Counted from the first letter of the stretch, positions 38,201-47,811 are shown. The stretch is 64,000 bases of DNA from Ktedonobacterales bacterium (GCA_027451525.1 DAIDJF010000022.1:3644-67643), one strand, 5' to 3'. Program-made: numbers and translations. The notes: a model not told the origin generated them from the letters alone.

Positions 38201-39143
38201 GGCATATCGGGCGAGGATTGCGCTGTGCCGTGAGGAGATTGAAGAGGTGCAGGAGCGCGTCGCGGCGATGCTGGTGCAACGTCATCGACCCGCGCCGAAG
38301 CGTTATGATTTGGCGGACTTGGTGTTGGTGTGGCCTTTGCTGGCTGAATATACACAGGAAGACAACGAGCGTCTGGAAGCAGAGCGTGTCGCGGTTGAGC
38401 AAGAGTTGACGCGCTTGGAAGCAGAAGAGGCCAGATTGAGTGCGCTACTGCATACAGGCGGGGTCGTGATTGACCTGCTGCTGGCGCGGGCGCGTCTGGA
38501 TCAACAGGAGCGGCTCTATCAGACGAAGAAGCGAGGCAATGAGCTAGTGCAGGCGACGGGCGAGCGGCTACTGCGTAAGGTTATTCCGCGCACTGAATAC
38601 AATATGCAGCATTTATTGCCATTGATTACCAGTGGTCGCTACCACGACGTGCATGTGACGACGGAAGCGGAAGAGGGGAGCCTGAGTGGTGGGCCGTTCT
38701 CGTTGCGCGTGTGGGATACGGCGGCGGGTGAATATGTGTCGAAGTCGGCCCTGTCGGGTGGCGCGGCAAACCAACTATCGCTCGCCTTACGTCTGGCTTT
38801 TGCGATAGCGGTTCTACCGCGCGAACTAACAGCAGCCCCCGGCTTTCTGATCTTGGATGAGCCACTGGGTTCATTTGATCGCACGCGCGCGCAGGCTCTT
38901 GTGGACGCGCTGGCGGGTGAGATGGTGAGTCAGCATTTTGAGCAGATTATTTTGATCTCGCATAGCAACGCTTTTGACCCGGCGATGTTCCCGTATCACG
39001 TATACCTTGAGGATGGTCTGGTAGTTGAAAGCAACCTGCCTGTTGTGCAAGTGGCGGCGCAGACGGTTATAGCTGTGGAGAAGAGTGACGAGGATGATCT
39101 GGATGGTGGAGAAACGTTACATATTGCCGCGCTACCTGCCTGA
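35286..39143 (+). CDS. Rad50/SbcC-like SMC-type ATPase with a central transmembrane hairpin (YhaN-like)
   Basis: Walker A GPNEAGKSALLESIYFALYG, signature LSGGAANQLSLALRLAFA, Walker B FLILDEPLGSFD, and very long E/R/Q/L-rich coiled coils. Two hydrophobic helices lie at residues ~523-573 (nt 36852-37004). No CxxC hook seen. Confidence 0.8.
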   Translation: MIILKHVTVERFRLLREVNLHFPQRGSILIQGPNEAGKSALLESIYFALYGDTLVERGKRTLDDLISYGSSNAVVSLTVAVSTTELAITRTLERGKGQKVTLYVRRLGMLEEGPITRLATANERIISELGRMDGEALRNSCLIEQKGLERLEVLGGSLREETVRKLLGIDRLTRIAERFKLSPNDEQQLEEASERVRLAEVQERIPELSARFEKIESALDAITLLKDIHEIEQQEAEVAEQEEQLERIAARRFEIKARQTRVQQLKTADGTLKQIVTAYEEMAQARESLPLLEKQIEDVERREREELPVQEQRVGELSELRGSFGALERMSNDLLTAMDTLKELEQDVKYQAEVEEDLESLEEQVEQVEMRVVETQKALRDLEERRRAGRPILEGRLQRMGVLKERLETLQQLEMQYEHRLKNRGPYKANAERLRQVRRELEETEQEYRLVESEAQQAKDEANQLENRLRRLSMRRQVGEWLRLKDQSQRLQDAEQHVRAAHQQQEALTEATLAARRTATKHLGIAIVCIVFFVFCGLGALVEGLQHSTTSMIWAAVAGVLALLVAAGAGLSLQNYGKARIEERLANQQMQEATNRVSMMVAAREAVIRVGGSQEDVFKIEREIQNLGGNVPRSLDEARQLMQQTPDNGESLADIQKRAQMKREEANTGRNQVNVTMEAVAALQKEYARLEEARVREGWDSIDEALRADMAGLQRLHQEITLLAGQEGLPLSSVQARLQRMGIASIDLLPPLTPLLPEREEAEVNLPSLDELVNNTVKATERELAVLDGKVESVTDLTGQLKNERESLEVLLARKKTLEERYLRYQTSNPLEQMERVREQQTMLRGALQSLQDSLRQRVKPLGIPFGQAAINSAELAARKQLEELHIVLAGKLKLQNERERALTLLKDHQESLAEYYKQLAKLSNTLGSWVVPLNPFADALKALRNRCQQELAEANELSIMKELDALQVEEGAYRARIALCREEIEEVQERVAAMLVQRHRPAPKRYDLADLVLVWPLLAEYTQEDNERLEAERVAVEQELTRLEAEEARLSALLHTGGVVIDLLLARARLDQQERLYQTKKRGNELVQATGERLLRKVIPRTEYNMQHLLPLITSGRYHDVHVTTEAEEGSLSGGPFSLRVWDTAAGEYVSKSALSGGAANQLSLALRLAFAIAVLPRELTAAPGFLILDEPLGSFDRTRAQALVDALAGEMVSQHFEQIILISHSNAFDPAMFPYHVYLEDGLVVESNLPVVQVAAQTVIAVEKSDEDDLDGGETLHIAALPA

Positions 39144-39168
39144 TGCTGTAACATACCTTGCACACAAT

Positions 39169-39200
39169 GAAGAGCCTTGCACAAATGTGCAAGGCTCTTC
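39169..39200 (+). terminator. Stem-loop after the Rad50-like gene
   Basis: GAAGAGCCTTGCAC-aaat-GTGCAAGGCTCTTC, a perfect 14-bp stem with a weak U-run (CCATTT). Confidence 0.6.
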
Positions 39201-39204
39201 CCAT

Positions 39205-39234
39205 TTGACACCTGTCCCTCTCCTGTGCTAGGAT
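39205..39234 (+). promoter_or_regulatory. Candidate nuo operon promoter
   Basis: TTGACA (39205-39210), 18-nt spacer, TGcTAGGAT extended -10 (39229-39234), about 110 nt upstream of nuoA. Confidence 0.45.
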
Positions 39235-39344
39235 ACACAGTGAGGAAGTGTACTTTGGACACTACTACGTAGTTCTACGCGCTCTGCTTCTGGCATGGCG
39301 TTATATATTGCGCATATTTAAAGTAGAAATGAAGGATCCCAGCT

Positions 39345-39701
39345 ATGGGAATGACACCACTCCCCATTCTTATTATGGTTGGCCTGGCTGTCCTCTTCGG
39401 TATCCTGGTGATGGGCGTGACAGCAGTTCTCGGTCCTAAGAAACCGACGCCCGAAAAACTTGCACCATACGAGTGCGGGATTCAGGAGATCGAAGCACCA
39501 ACCCGGCGCTTCCCCGTAAAGTATCTCTTAACGGGTATGCTTTTTATTGCCTTTGATATCGAAATTGTCTCATTTTATCCTCTTGCCATTCTCCTACATC
39601 AGTTGAAAGTATTCGGACTGATCGAACTGCTCATCTTTCTGCTGGTGTTGGGCATTGGCTATGTATACGTGTGGAGAAAGGGAGCGTTTTCATGGGAGTA
39701 A
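39345..39701 (+). CDS. nuoA: NADH-quinone oxidoreductase subunit A
   Basis: 118 aa, three TM helices, PYECG motif. First gene of the nuo cluster. Confidence 0.92.
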   Translation: MGMTPLPILIMVGLAVLFGILVMGVTAVLGPKKPTPEKLAPYECGIQEIEAPTRRFPVKYLLTGMLFIAFDIEIVSFYPLAILLHQLKVFGLIELLIFLLVLGIGYVYVWRKGAFSWE

Positions 39702-40291
39702 AAAATCCCTGGGAGCCTGTACAAACTGTCTCTAACAGTCAGACTCCCCGCCAAGGACGCGAACTCCATGTGAAAAATGGTGAGCTAGGTATTCTAACGA
39801 CGCAGGTCAACAAGTTGATTGACTGGGGGCGTAGCGCGTCGTTGTGGCCCGCGCTCTTTGGTCTGGCCTGTTGCGCAATCGAGATGATGGCAACCAGTGC
39901 TGACCGTTTCGACATTTCGCGCTTTGGCGCGGAGGTCTATCGTGCCTCACCACGCCAGGCGGATTTGATGATTGTGGCGGGCCGCTGTTCGATCAAAATG
40001 GCTCCAGTGTTGCGCCAGATTTACGATCAGATGCCAGAACCCAAATGGGTGATCTCAATGGGAGCCTGTGCCTCGTGTGGAGGGGTCTTCAACAACTATG
40101 CCATTGTGCAGGGCGTTGATAAAATTGTCCCGGTCGATGTGTTTATTCCGGGCTGCCCTCCAACGCCTGATATGTTGCTGTTTGGCTTTAACGAGTTACA
40201 GCGCAAAATACGTGAAGGGATTCCAAATCCTCCCGATCCCCTTAAGGCCAGTGGACTCAAGCTGGTGGGGCCGGTCGGCGAGGAAGTATGA
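39692..40291 (+). CDS. nuoB: NADH-quinone oxidoreductase subunit B
   Basis: [20 protein letters not shown] cluster-N2 motifs. ATG 39692 behind AGGGAG overlaps the nuoA stop. Confidence 0.93.
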   Translation: MGVKNPWEPVQTVSNSQTPRQGRELHVKNGELGILTTQVNKLIDWGRSASLWPALFGLACCAIEMMATSADRFDISRFGAEVYRASPRQADLMIVAGRCSIKMAPVLRQIYDQMPEPKWVISMGACASCGGVFNNYAIVQGVDKIVPVDVFIPGCPPTPDMLLFGFNELQRKIREGIPNPPDPLKASGLKLVGPVGEEV

Positions 40292-40327
40292 CGCGGCACG
40301 TTAGAACACTACGCAGAGACGTTGTTG

Positions 40328-40371
40328 TATGGCACGCAAAGGCGCGGTTTCCTGCCTCTTTGCGTGCCATA
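40328..40371 (+). other. Intercistronic hairpin between nuoB and nuoC
   Basis: TATGGCACGCAAAG (40328-40341) pairs perfectly with CTTTGCGTGCCATA (40358-40371). Confidence 0.7.
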
Positions 40372-40403
40372 TACACGTCACGTAGATAAGGAATGTATGG
40401 TGT

Positions 40404-41042
40404 ATGGTTATAACAGCGGCATCAACGGTAGAAACGGTACGGGAAAAATTTCCGCACGCCGTTCTCGACACGCTTGAGTATCGTGATGAGCAGACCATTT
40501 TGCTTGCACCCGCCATGCTGGTCGAGGTGTGTAGCTATCTCAAGCAGCGCATGGGCTATGATTTTCTCGAAACCGTGACGGCGGTAGATTGGCCTGAGCG
40601 TACGCCACGCTTCGACGTGGTCTACCAATTGCTTTCCACAACGCACCAGTGTTTTCTGCGCCTCAAAGTGCAGGTGGGACAACGGCGCGAGCAACATCCA
40701 GCCGTCCCGACTGTCACAGGCATATGGCCTGGAGCGAACTGGTATGAGCGCGAGGTCAATGATCTTTTTGGCATCACTTTTACAGATCATCCCGACCCAC
40801 GTCGTATTTTAATGCCCCCCGATTGGACAACGCACCCACTGCGCAAAGACTATCCACTCTCTGGTTTTGATTTGCCAGAACCGCATTGGGGCGGACAGAT
40901 TCCCTATGATTTAGATCCCGGTGTTGGTGGGCAAACCTTGCGCACGCCCGATGGACGTGAATTGAACGAGCATCGCTCTAGCATCAATTCGGCTCAGGAG
41001 CCGGGTACATTGCCGCAGAAAGATACTCCCAGTCATTCATAA
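40404..41042 (+). CDS. nuoC: NADH-quinone oxidoreductase subunit C
   Basis: WPGANWYEREVNDLFGITFTDHPDPRRILMP motif. C-terminal tail of about 50 aa. Confidence 0.9.
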   Translation: MVITAASTVETVREKFPHAVLDTLEYRDEQTILLAPAMLVEVCSYLKQRMGYDFLETVTAVDWPERTPRFDVVYQLLSTTHQCFLRLKVQVGQRREQHPAVPTVTGIWPGANWYEREVNDLFGITFTDHPDPRRILMPPDWTTHPLRKDYPLSGFDLPEPHWGGQIPYDLDPGVGGQTLRTPDGRELNEHRSSINSAQEPGTLPQKDTPSHS

Positions 41043-41105
41043 GCGATTGAGCGGCTAAGCAAATTTTTCACCGTCTGAAAAGAGAAAACAGTAAGAGATA
41101 ACAGA

Positions 41106-42344
41106 ATGAAACAACAAGAGATTGAACGAGAATATCTCATAGAAGATAGCGAGCAGACGGAAGATGGGCAACATGTCGATACGATGAAGATCAATATGGG
41201 GCCGCAGCACCCCAGCACGCACGGCGTGTTGCGTCTCGTCCTCACGATTGAGGGCGAAACGGTTATCAAAGCGGTTCCTGATATTGGCTATCTTCATACA
41301 GGCATTGAGAAGACCGCCGAGGCCAAAACCTATCATCAGGCTCTGGTGCTCACTGATCGTATGGACTATCTGGCCCCGCTCTCTAATAACCTGGGCTATG
41401 CTCTGACCGTTGAACGCCTGCTCGGTATTGACGATGAGATCACAAATAAGATCAAATACGTGCGCGTTCTGCTTGCTGAATTGCAACGCATTGCCAGTCA
41501 CCTCGTCTGGCTAGGCACGCATGCCCTTGATCTGGGTGCGCAAAGCGTCTTCCTCTACTGCTTCCGTGAGCGCGAAGTGATCCTCGATATCTTTGAGTAC
41601 ATTACCGGTGTACGCATGATGACCAGCTATATCTGCCCCGGTGGACTGCAGGCTGATCTGCCGCTGGGTTTTGAGCGGAAAGTCAAAGCCTTTACGGACG
41701 TTTTTCCAGATCGCTTGCAAGAATATCACGACCTGCTGACCAATAACCAGCTCTGGCTGGAGCGCACACGCAATGTTGGATTGCTGAGCGCGCAGGATGC
41801 CATCGCCTATGGCGCGAGTGGTCCCGTCTTGCGTGGCAGCGGCGTTGTCTGGGATGTGCGCAAAGTCTTCCCCTATAGTGGCTATGAGCAGTTCGACTTT
41901 GATATTCCCGTTGGTAGCAACGGTGATGTCTATGATCGCTATATGGTGCGTATGCTGGAGATGGAGCAGAGCTTCAAGATCGTCAATCAGGCGATGGAGG
42001 GTATGCCCACTGGAGCGTATCGTGTGAGCAATCCGAAGATCGCACCGCCGCCCAAGTGGGAGATCACGGGCAGCATGGAAGCCCTGATTCATCACTTCAA
42101 ACTCTTTACCGAGGGGTATCGCCCACCGAAGGGTGAGGTGTTTGTGCGCACAGAGTCGCCAAAGGGCGAACTGGCCTATTATATCGTCAGCGATGGTAGC
42201 GCGAAACCGTATCGTATGCACGTGCGCGGTGCTTCGTTCGCCAATTTGCAGGTCTTGCCCCTGATGGTTGAAGGCAATCTGCTCGCTGATGTAGTTGCTG
42301 CTATCGGCAGCATTGATATCGTGCTAGGTGAGGTTGACAGATGA
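41106..42344 (+). CDS. nuoD: NADH-quinone oxidoreductase subunit D
   Basis: MGPQHPSTHGVLRL and the conserved C-terminus ...IDIVLGEVDR. Confidence 0.95.
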   Translation: MKQQEIEREYLIEDSEQTEDGQHVDTMKINMGPQHPSTHGVLRLVLTIEGETVIKAVPDIGYLHTGIEKTAEAKTYHQALVLTDRMDYLAPLSNNLGYALTVERLLGIDDEITNKIKYVRVLLAELQRIASHLVWLGTHALDLGAQSVFLYCFREREVILDIFEYITGVRMMTSYICPGGLQADLPLGFERKVKAFTDVFPDRLQEYHDLLTNNQLWLERTRNVGLLSAQDAIAYGASGPVLRGSGVVWDVRKVFPYSGYEQFDFDIPVGSNGDVYDRYMVRMLEMEQSFKIVNQAMEGMPTGAYRVSNPKIAPPPKWEITGSMEALIHHFKLFTEGYRPPKGEVFVRTESPKGELAYYIVSDGSAKPYRMHVRGASFANLQVLPLMVEGNLLADVVAAIGSIDIVLGEVDR

Positions 42345-42868
42345 TTTCAGAACAGGCCAAACAGCGTATGCGCGATCTCGCCGCACGCTATCCCGTTGCG
42401 CGCTCGGCGGTGATGCCCTCATTACATATTGCGCAGCAGGAGGAAGGGTACATTACCAAAGAGGGGTTGCAAACGGTTGCCGAGGTTCTCAACATGACGG
42501 TTGACGACGTGGAGAGCGTGGCAACCTTCTATACGATGTATTATCAGCGGCCCGTTGGCAAGAAAGTAATCAATATCTGTACAGGCATCTCGTGCTATCT
42601 GCGCAATTGTGACGCGCTCCTCCAGCATTTAGAGCAACGCCTCGGCATTAAAGCAGGCGAGACGACGCCGGACGGGAACTACACGCTTATCAAGATGGAG
42701 TGCCTTGCGTCTTGTGGAACCGCGCCAGTTTTACAGGTGAACGACGAATTTGTAGAGAATGTGACGCCTGAGATGGTGGATGCACTGATCGAGCAATGGA
42801 ACGCCGAGAGTATGTCGTCTACGCCTCGCCCTACGTCCGCTAATGGTTCGCGCCCACAGGGCGTATAA
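42341..42868 (+). CDS. nuoE: NADH-quinone oxidoreductase subunit E
   Basis: Thioredoxin-like [2Fe-2S] Cys pattern (CTGISCYL...CLASCGTAP). ATGA overlap with nuoD. Confidence 0.92.
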   Translation: MISEQAKQRMRDLAARYPVARSAVMPSLHIAQQEEGYITKEGLQTVAEVLNMTVDDVESVATFYTMYYQRPVGKKVINICTGISCYLRNCDALLQHLEQRLGIKAGETTPDGNYTLIKMECLASCGTAPVLQVNDEFVENVTPEMVDALIEQWNAESMSSTPRPTSANGSRPQGV

Positions 42869-42881
42869 GGGGGTATGGACT

Positions 42882-44198
42882 ATGCCAGAACTGGTTGTTA
42901 CAAAAAATATTGATGTTGCGGGCATTGATCGCCTTGAGGTCTATCGGCATCACGGTGGCTACGAGGCATTGAAAAAAGCCCTCAAAGAATATCAGCCCGA
43001 TCAGATCGTGGATATCGTCAAAGCTTCGGGCTTGCGCGGACGTGGGGGAGCAGGCTTTCCAACTGGTATGAAATGGAGCTTCCTCGCCAAGAACGATAAG
43101 CCGCGCTATCTGTGCTGCAATGCGGATGAAAGCGAACCAGGAACCTTTAAGGACCGCATGTTGATGGAGAAGAATCCGCATCAGCTTGTCGAGGGTGTGA
43201 TTCTCACCAGCTATGCCTGTCGCGTGGGCATTGCGTTTATCTATGTGCGCGGCGAGTTGGCACTGGCGGCACGACAAGTTTCTCGCGCAGTTGATGAGGC
43301 ATATGCGGCTGGTCTACTTGGAAAAAATATTCTCGGTAGCGATTTTAGCCTGGATATCATCGTTCATCGCGGGGCGGGTGCCTATATTTGCGGCGAAGAG
43401 AGTGCGCTTATGGAGTCGCTTGAAGGCAAGCGCGGCTATCCTCGTCTCAAACCGCCTTTCCCAGCCGTTGTTGGTCTCTACGGTGGTCCGACGGTGATCA
43501 ATAACTGTGAGACGCTGTGTACTGTGCCGCATGTCGTGCAGAACGGCGCGGACTGGTACAAGCAGTTTGGTACGGAGAAGAGTAGTGGGACACGCGTGTT
43601 CTGTCTGAGCGGCCAGGTCAAGAAGCCCGGTAACTACGAGTTGCCGCTGGGCACATCACTGCGTACGCTGATCTATGATGAGCGGTATGGCGGTGGCGTT
43701 CTTGGCGACAAGCAGATCAAAGCGATTATCCCTGGTGGTTCTTCCTCGCCAATGCTGAGTGCGGATAAAATCGACATTACTCTCGACTACGAGGCGATTG
43801 CGGCGGCGGGTTCGATGGCAGGTTCCGGTGGTGTCATTGTCATGCACGAAGATACGTGTATCGTGGGGGCGATTTTGCGCATGACCGAGTTTTATCGTGA
43901 CGAGTCATGCGGCAAATGTACACCTTGTCGCGAAGGCACGTACTGGCTGACGGAGATCCTGGAACGCCTGGAGCATGGACATGGCAAAGAGAAAGACGTT
44001 GCTCTCCTGCTTGACATCTGCGATAACCTGAGTGGAAAATCGTTCTGTCCACTCGGTGACGCCGCTACCAGTTGTATTACCAGCGGTATCAAGCTTTTCC
44101 GCGAAGAGTTTCTCTATCACGCCACACATGGACATTGCATGGTTGGCCCTGGTCGCATTCACACGGAAGCCAACGGTGCAGCTTTACGGACGCGATAA
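42882..44198 (+). CDS. nuoF: NADH-quinone oxidoreductase subunit F
   Basis: GRGGAGFPTG, GEESALMESLEG, ESCGKCTPCREG. ATG 42882 behind AAGGGGG. Confidence 0.95.
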   Translation: MPELVVTKNIDVAGIDRLEVYRHHGGYEALKKALKEYQPDQIVDIVKASGLRGRGGAGFPTGMKWSFLAKNDKPRYLCCNADESEPGTFKDRMLMEKNPHQLVEGVILTSYACRVGIAFIYVRGELALAARQVSRAVDEAYAAGLLGKNILGSDFSLDIIVHRGAGAYICGEESALMESLEGKRGYPRLKPPFPAVVGLYGGPTVINNCETLCTVPHVVQNGADWYKQFGTEKSSGTRVFCLSGQVKKPGNYELPLGTSLRTLIYDERYGGGVLGDKQIKAIIPGGSSSPMLSADKIDITLDYEAIAAAGSMAGSGGVIVMHEDTCIVGAILRMTEFYRDESCGKCTPCREGTYWLTEILERLEHGHGKEKDVALLLDICDNLSGKSFCPLGDAATSCITSGIKLFREEFLYHATHGHCMVGPGRIHTEANGAALRTR

Positions 44199-44210
44199 AT
44201 CGGTCCCTGC
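44188..44210. repeat. GGACGCGATAAATCGGTCCCTGC repeat unit across the nuoF stop codon
   Basis: Same unit as in sufS (14112-14134). The TAA at 44196-44198 inside it terminates nuoF. Confidence 0.8.
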
Positions 44211-44260
44211 ACGCAGATTAAAACGTTTGCAATTATTGTATCTAAAAACGGTAGAAACAT

Positions 44261-46438
44261 ATGCCAGAAGAAAAAAAAGACGAACTCGTCCATTTGACCA
44301 TTGACGGTAAGCCCGTCGCTGTCCCTCCGGGGACGCTGGTCTGGGCGGCGGCAAAGCAGGCGGGCATCGAGATTCCTATCTACTGCTATCATCCCAAGAT
44401 GCCTCCGCTGGGAGCGTGCCGCATGTGCTTTGTGGAAATCGAGAAGATGCCCAAGCCACCGCAGACCTCTTGCACAACGCCCGTCAGCGAGGGCATGGTC
44501 GTGTATACCAAAACCGAGAAGGTGCTAAAAGCGCGGCGCGGTACGCTAGAATTTCTGCTGATTAACCACCCGCTGGATTGTCCGATCTGTGACAAGGGCG
44601 GCGAGTGCGATCTGCAAGACTTCACGCTGCGCCACGGTCCCGGCGGCACGCGCTTTGACCTCGCGAAACGCCACTACCCCAAGCCCGTTCCCGTCAGCGA
44701 GAAGGTGATGCTGGACCGCGAACGCTGTATCTTATGCCAACGCTGTACGCGCTTTAGCTCCGAAATCTCGATGGATAACGGGCTGGTGATGATCTCGCGT
44801 GGGTTCCGCATGGAGGTTGGCACGGCTCCCGATCACGCATTTGACTCGATCTTCTCCGGCAACACGGTCGAGATGTGTCCCGTCGGCGCGCTGACTGCCA
44901 GTGCCTATCGCTTTAAGTCGCGGCCCTGGGAACTCAAGCGCACGCCGGGTATCTGCACCAACTGTAGCGTGGGCTGCAACGTGCGTGTCGATGTACGCGT
45001 CGATAAGATCATGCGTATGATGTCGCGTGCGAACGATGAGATCGACGACGGCTGGCTGTGTGATCGCGGTCGCTGGGGTTTTGAGCTTGTCAATAGCGAC
45101 CAGCGTATCCGCACGCCTTACATTCGGCGCAACGGCAAACTGACGGCTGCGACATGGGATGAGGCATTGGCCTATATCAGTACGCGCCTGAAAGAGATTA
45201 TTGCCACACATGGGGCGCAAGCAGTTGGGGGCATCGGTTCGCCACGCACGACCAACGAAGATGCCTACCTCTTCCAGAAATTGCTGCGCGAGGTCATCGG
45301 CACCGCGAACGTAGATCATTTCCATGGGACTTTCCCTGGCGCGCGTGATAGCCTGACAGGGCGGCCCTGGATGATGACCAACAGCATTGCCGAGATCGAA
45401 AAAGCCTCGCATATCGTACTGATCGCCTCAGACCCCTACCAGCGTCAGCCCATCCTCAATCTGCGTATCAAGAAGGCAATGAAGGCGGGGGCGAAAATCT
45501 ACATCGTCAACTCTGAAAAGACTGAGCTTGACCGCTTTGCAACCAGCAAAATCACTATTCCGCAGCACGGCGCGGGGCTTGCTGCTAAAGTTCTGCTGCA
45601 ACAAGCTGCCACCATCGTTGCCGCCAATGCCGACGCCAGCGAGGAACGCAAGAACGCGCTGGCCCAAATCGGTACTGTCAACGCTGATGCATCAGCGTTC
45701 AGCAGCGCAGTAAGCGCGCAACTTCAGCAACTTGCCAGCGCAATTGCGGGTGCGAATGGTGCGATTATTCTGTATGACGAACTGGCGACGCTCGACCCTG
45801 GTTGCGCTGATCTCGCGCCAGACCTGCAAGCTCTGGCGGTGATTACGAACAACATTGGCCGCCCTGGTGCTGGCGTTGGCCCGCTCTTCTCGCATGCTAA
45901 TTCGCTTGGTGCGCGTGATATGGGTCTGTTGCCCGATGTGCTCCCTGGCTATCAGCCTGCTTCTCAGAAGGGCTTGAACGCGCATGAAATGCTGAGCAAT
46001 CCGCAGATCAAAGCTCTGCTCATTATGGGGACCAGTCCGCTTCGTCATTTGTCGATGCCCGCGTTACCTTCTACATTAGAGTTTGTTGTTGTGCAGGATA
46101 TCGTGTTGAACGAGACCGCACAGCAGGCCGATGTGGTGCTACCTGCCGTCACTTTTGCCGAAAAAGAGGGCAGCATGACCAACGTCGATCACCATGTGCA
46201 GGCCATTCGCCGCGCTCTACGTCCTCTGCCAGGGGCAAAGGCCGACTGGGAGATACTGAGCGAACTGGCAAGCTACCTGGGCAAGCACTGGGAGTATGCC
46301 AGCCCACGCGATATCTTGCTGGAGATCGCCGAGAGCAATCCATTCTACGCTGGCCTGACCTGGGAAGACCTGGGCACACAGGGCGTACGTACCGATGGTA
46401 CACCGCGCCCAGCAGAGGAGGAGGTGGCTCATGCTTAG
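44261..46438 (+). CDS. nuoG: NADH-quinone oxidoreductase subunit G
   Basis: N-terminal 2Fe-2S and 4Fe-4S Cys motifs (CYHPKMPPLGACRMC, CPICDKGGECDLQ, CILCQRCTRF, CTNCSVGC) plus a molybdopterin-like domain. Confidence 0.93.
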   Translation: MPEEKKDELVHLTIDGKPVAVPPGTLVWAAAKQAGIEIPIYCYHPKMPPLGACRMCFVEIEKMPKPPQTSCTTPVSEGMVVYTKTEKVLKARRGTLEFLLINHPLDCPICDKGGECDLQDFTLRHGPGGTRFDLAKRHYPKPVPVSEKVMLDRERCILCQRCTRFSSEISMDNGLVMISRGFRMEVGTAPDHAFDSIFSGNTVEMCPVGALTASAYRFKSRPWELKRTPGICTNCSVGCNVRVDVRVDKIMRMMSRANDEIDDGWLCDRGRWGFELVNSDQRIRTPYIRRNGKLTAATWDEALAYISTRLKEIIATHGAQAVGGIGSPRTTNEDAYLFQKLLREVIGTANVDHFHGTFPGARDSLTGRPWMMTNSIAEIEKASHIVLIASDPYQRQPILNLRIKKAMKAGAKIYIVNSEKTELDRFATSKITIPQHGAGLAAKVLLQQAATIVAANADASEERKNALAQIGTVNADASAFSSAVSAQLQQLASAIAGANGAIILYDELATLDPGCADLAPDLQALAVITNNIGRPGAGVGPLFSHANSLGARDMGLLPDVLPGYQPASQKGLNAHEMLSNPQIKALLIMGTSPLRHLSMPALPSTLEFVVVQDIVLNETAQQADVVLPAVTFAEKEGSMTNVDHHVQAIRRALRPLPGAKADWEILSELASYLGKHWEYASPRDILLEIAESNPFYAGLTWEDLGTQGVRTDGTPRPAEEEVAHA

Positions 46439-47702
46439 CTTCTTGAATAACATTGTCGTCGCCTCGATCATCAAAAGCGCGATTGCTATTGTTGCCTTGC
46501 TCACGGCGTTTGCCTATATGACGCTGATCGAGCGGCGTGTCGTTGCCGTCATTCAGGGACGCCTCGGTCCGAACCGTACTGGTCCCTTTGGTCTGTTCCA
46601 GCCTGTCGCTGATGCGATCAAAATGGCCTTCAAAGAGCAGATCGTGCCAACACAGGCGAAAAAGTTCATTTACCTGATCGCGCCAATTATCTCGGTGATT
46701 GTCGCCCTCTCTGCCTTCGCCGTTGTGCCTATCGGCGGCTCGTGGGACCCGGCCCATCCGAGCATATGGGATCCCGTTGTCGGCGATATCAACGTCGGTA
46801 TCTTGTGGATTCTCTCGGTCTCTTCACTGGCTGTCTATGGGATCGTGCTGGGCGGTTGGGCATCGGGCAATCGCTACTCGCTGCTCGGCTCTCTGCGCAG
46901 TGCCGCCCAGATGGTCTCCTATGAGACCAGCCTTGGCCTCGCGCTGAGCGGTTCGCTGATGTGGGCGGGCACGTTGAGCATGGTCGGTATCGTGAATCAG
47001 CAACTTGGTCAGGGTATCTGGTTCTTTATGGCGCAACCGCTCGGCTTCTTCATCTACCTGATTGCCGGTACTGCTGAAGTCAACCGCGCCCCTTTCGATC
47101 TGCCTGAGGCGGAGCAAGAACTAACCGCTGGCTACCTGACCGAGTATAGCGGTTTGCGCTGGAGCCTCTATCAGATGGCTGAGTACATCAACATGATTAC
47201 AGTCAGCGCGGTTATCACAACGCTCTATCTGGGTGGCTGGACACTGTTTGGTCTGGAACGCCTTTTCCCAGGGTTCTCGATCATCATTTTCCTGGTCAAA
47301 GTGGCTGTCTTCCTGTTCCTGTTCATCTGGCTGCGCGCTACCTTGCCGCGTATCCGCTATGATCGCCTGATGCGTCTGGGCTGGCAGGGCCTGTTGCCGC
47401 TGGCTGTATTGAACGTGGTTGTCACCGCTGTGATGATCGCGTTTGGTCTGCCCTGGTATGTAGACTTTGCGATTAGCGTGGTATTAATTATTGCCGTGCT
47501 GGCTATCTTCCGTCAGCAGAGTATTCTCGATGGAACGCGCTTCTTCGAGCCTGCTCCCGCCAGACGCGCCGAGGAGAAGACGATACTGCCCACGTCGGTG
47601 CGCCTCGTGAAGTTCGAGAAACCCAAGGCCGCGCTCGCAGAGGCAGAGAGCGTAGCAGCAGAGGCAGGCGCGTCAGAGGCGCAAGATGTAGTCAAAGCGT
47701 AG
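46431..47702 (+). CDS. nuoH: NADH-quinone oxidoreductase subunit H (with C-terminal tail)
   Basis: RRVVAVIQGRLGPNRTGPFGLFQP, AEVNRAPFDLPEAEQEL. ATG 46431 behind GGAGGAGG overlaps the nuoG stop. Confidence 0.93.
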   Translation: MLSFLNNIVVASIIKSAIAIVALLTAFAYMTLIERRVVAVIQGRLGPNRTGPFGLFQPVADAIKMAFKEQIVPTQAKKFIYLIAPIISVIVALSAFAVVPIGGSWDPAHPSIWDPVVGDINVGILWILSVSSLAVYGIVLGGWASGNRYSLLGSLRSAAQMVSYETSLGLALSGSLMWAGTLSMVGIVNQQLGQGIWFFMAQPLGFFIYLIAGTAEVNRAPFDLPEAEQELTAGYLTEYSGLRWSLYQMAEYINMITVSAVITTLYLGGWTLFGLERLFPGFSIIIFLVKVAVFLFLFIWLRATLPRIRYDRLMRLGWQGLLPLAVLNVVVTAVMIAFGLPWYVDFAISVVLIIAVLAIFRQQSILDGTRFFEPAPARRAEEKTILPTSVRLVKFEKPKAALAEAESVAAEAGASEAQDVVKA

Positions 47703-47721
47703 TAGTTTGTTAAAGAATAAC

Positions 47722-47811
47722 AGGGCGAGGGCAAGCCTCGCCCCTACAATGATACGAAACGAGCAAGACATGCAGCGTATCATTGTAGGGGCGACCCTCG
47801 CGGTCGCCCTG
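47722..47811. repeat. Composite palindromic repeat in the nuoH-nuoI spacer
   Basis: AGGGCGAGGGCAAGCCTCGCCCCTACAATGA...ATCATTGTAGGGGCGACCCTCGCGGTCGCCCTG. Confidence 0.85.

Noticed and set aside
41511-42221. 236-aa ORF antisense to nuoD. The same applies to 44732-45412 and 46149-46757 (antisense to nuoG/H), 14964-15728 (antisense to sufD) and 58848-59543 (antisense to spoVR).
   Set aside because: All lie entirely within strongly supported conserved genes on the other strand. They are long open antisense frames of the kind expected in GC-biased coding DNA.
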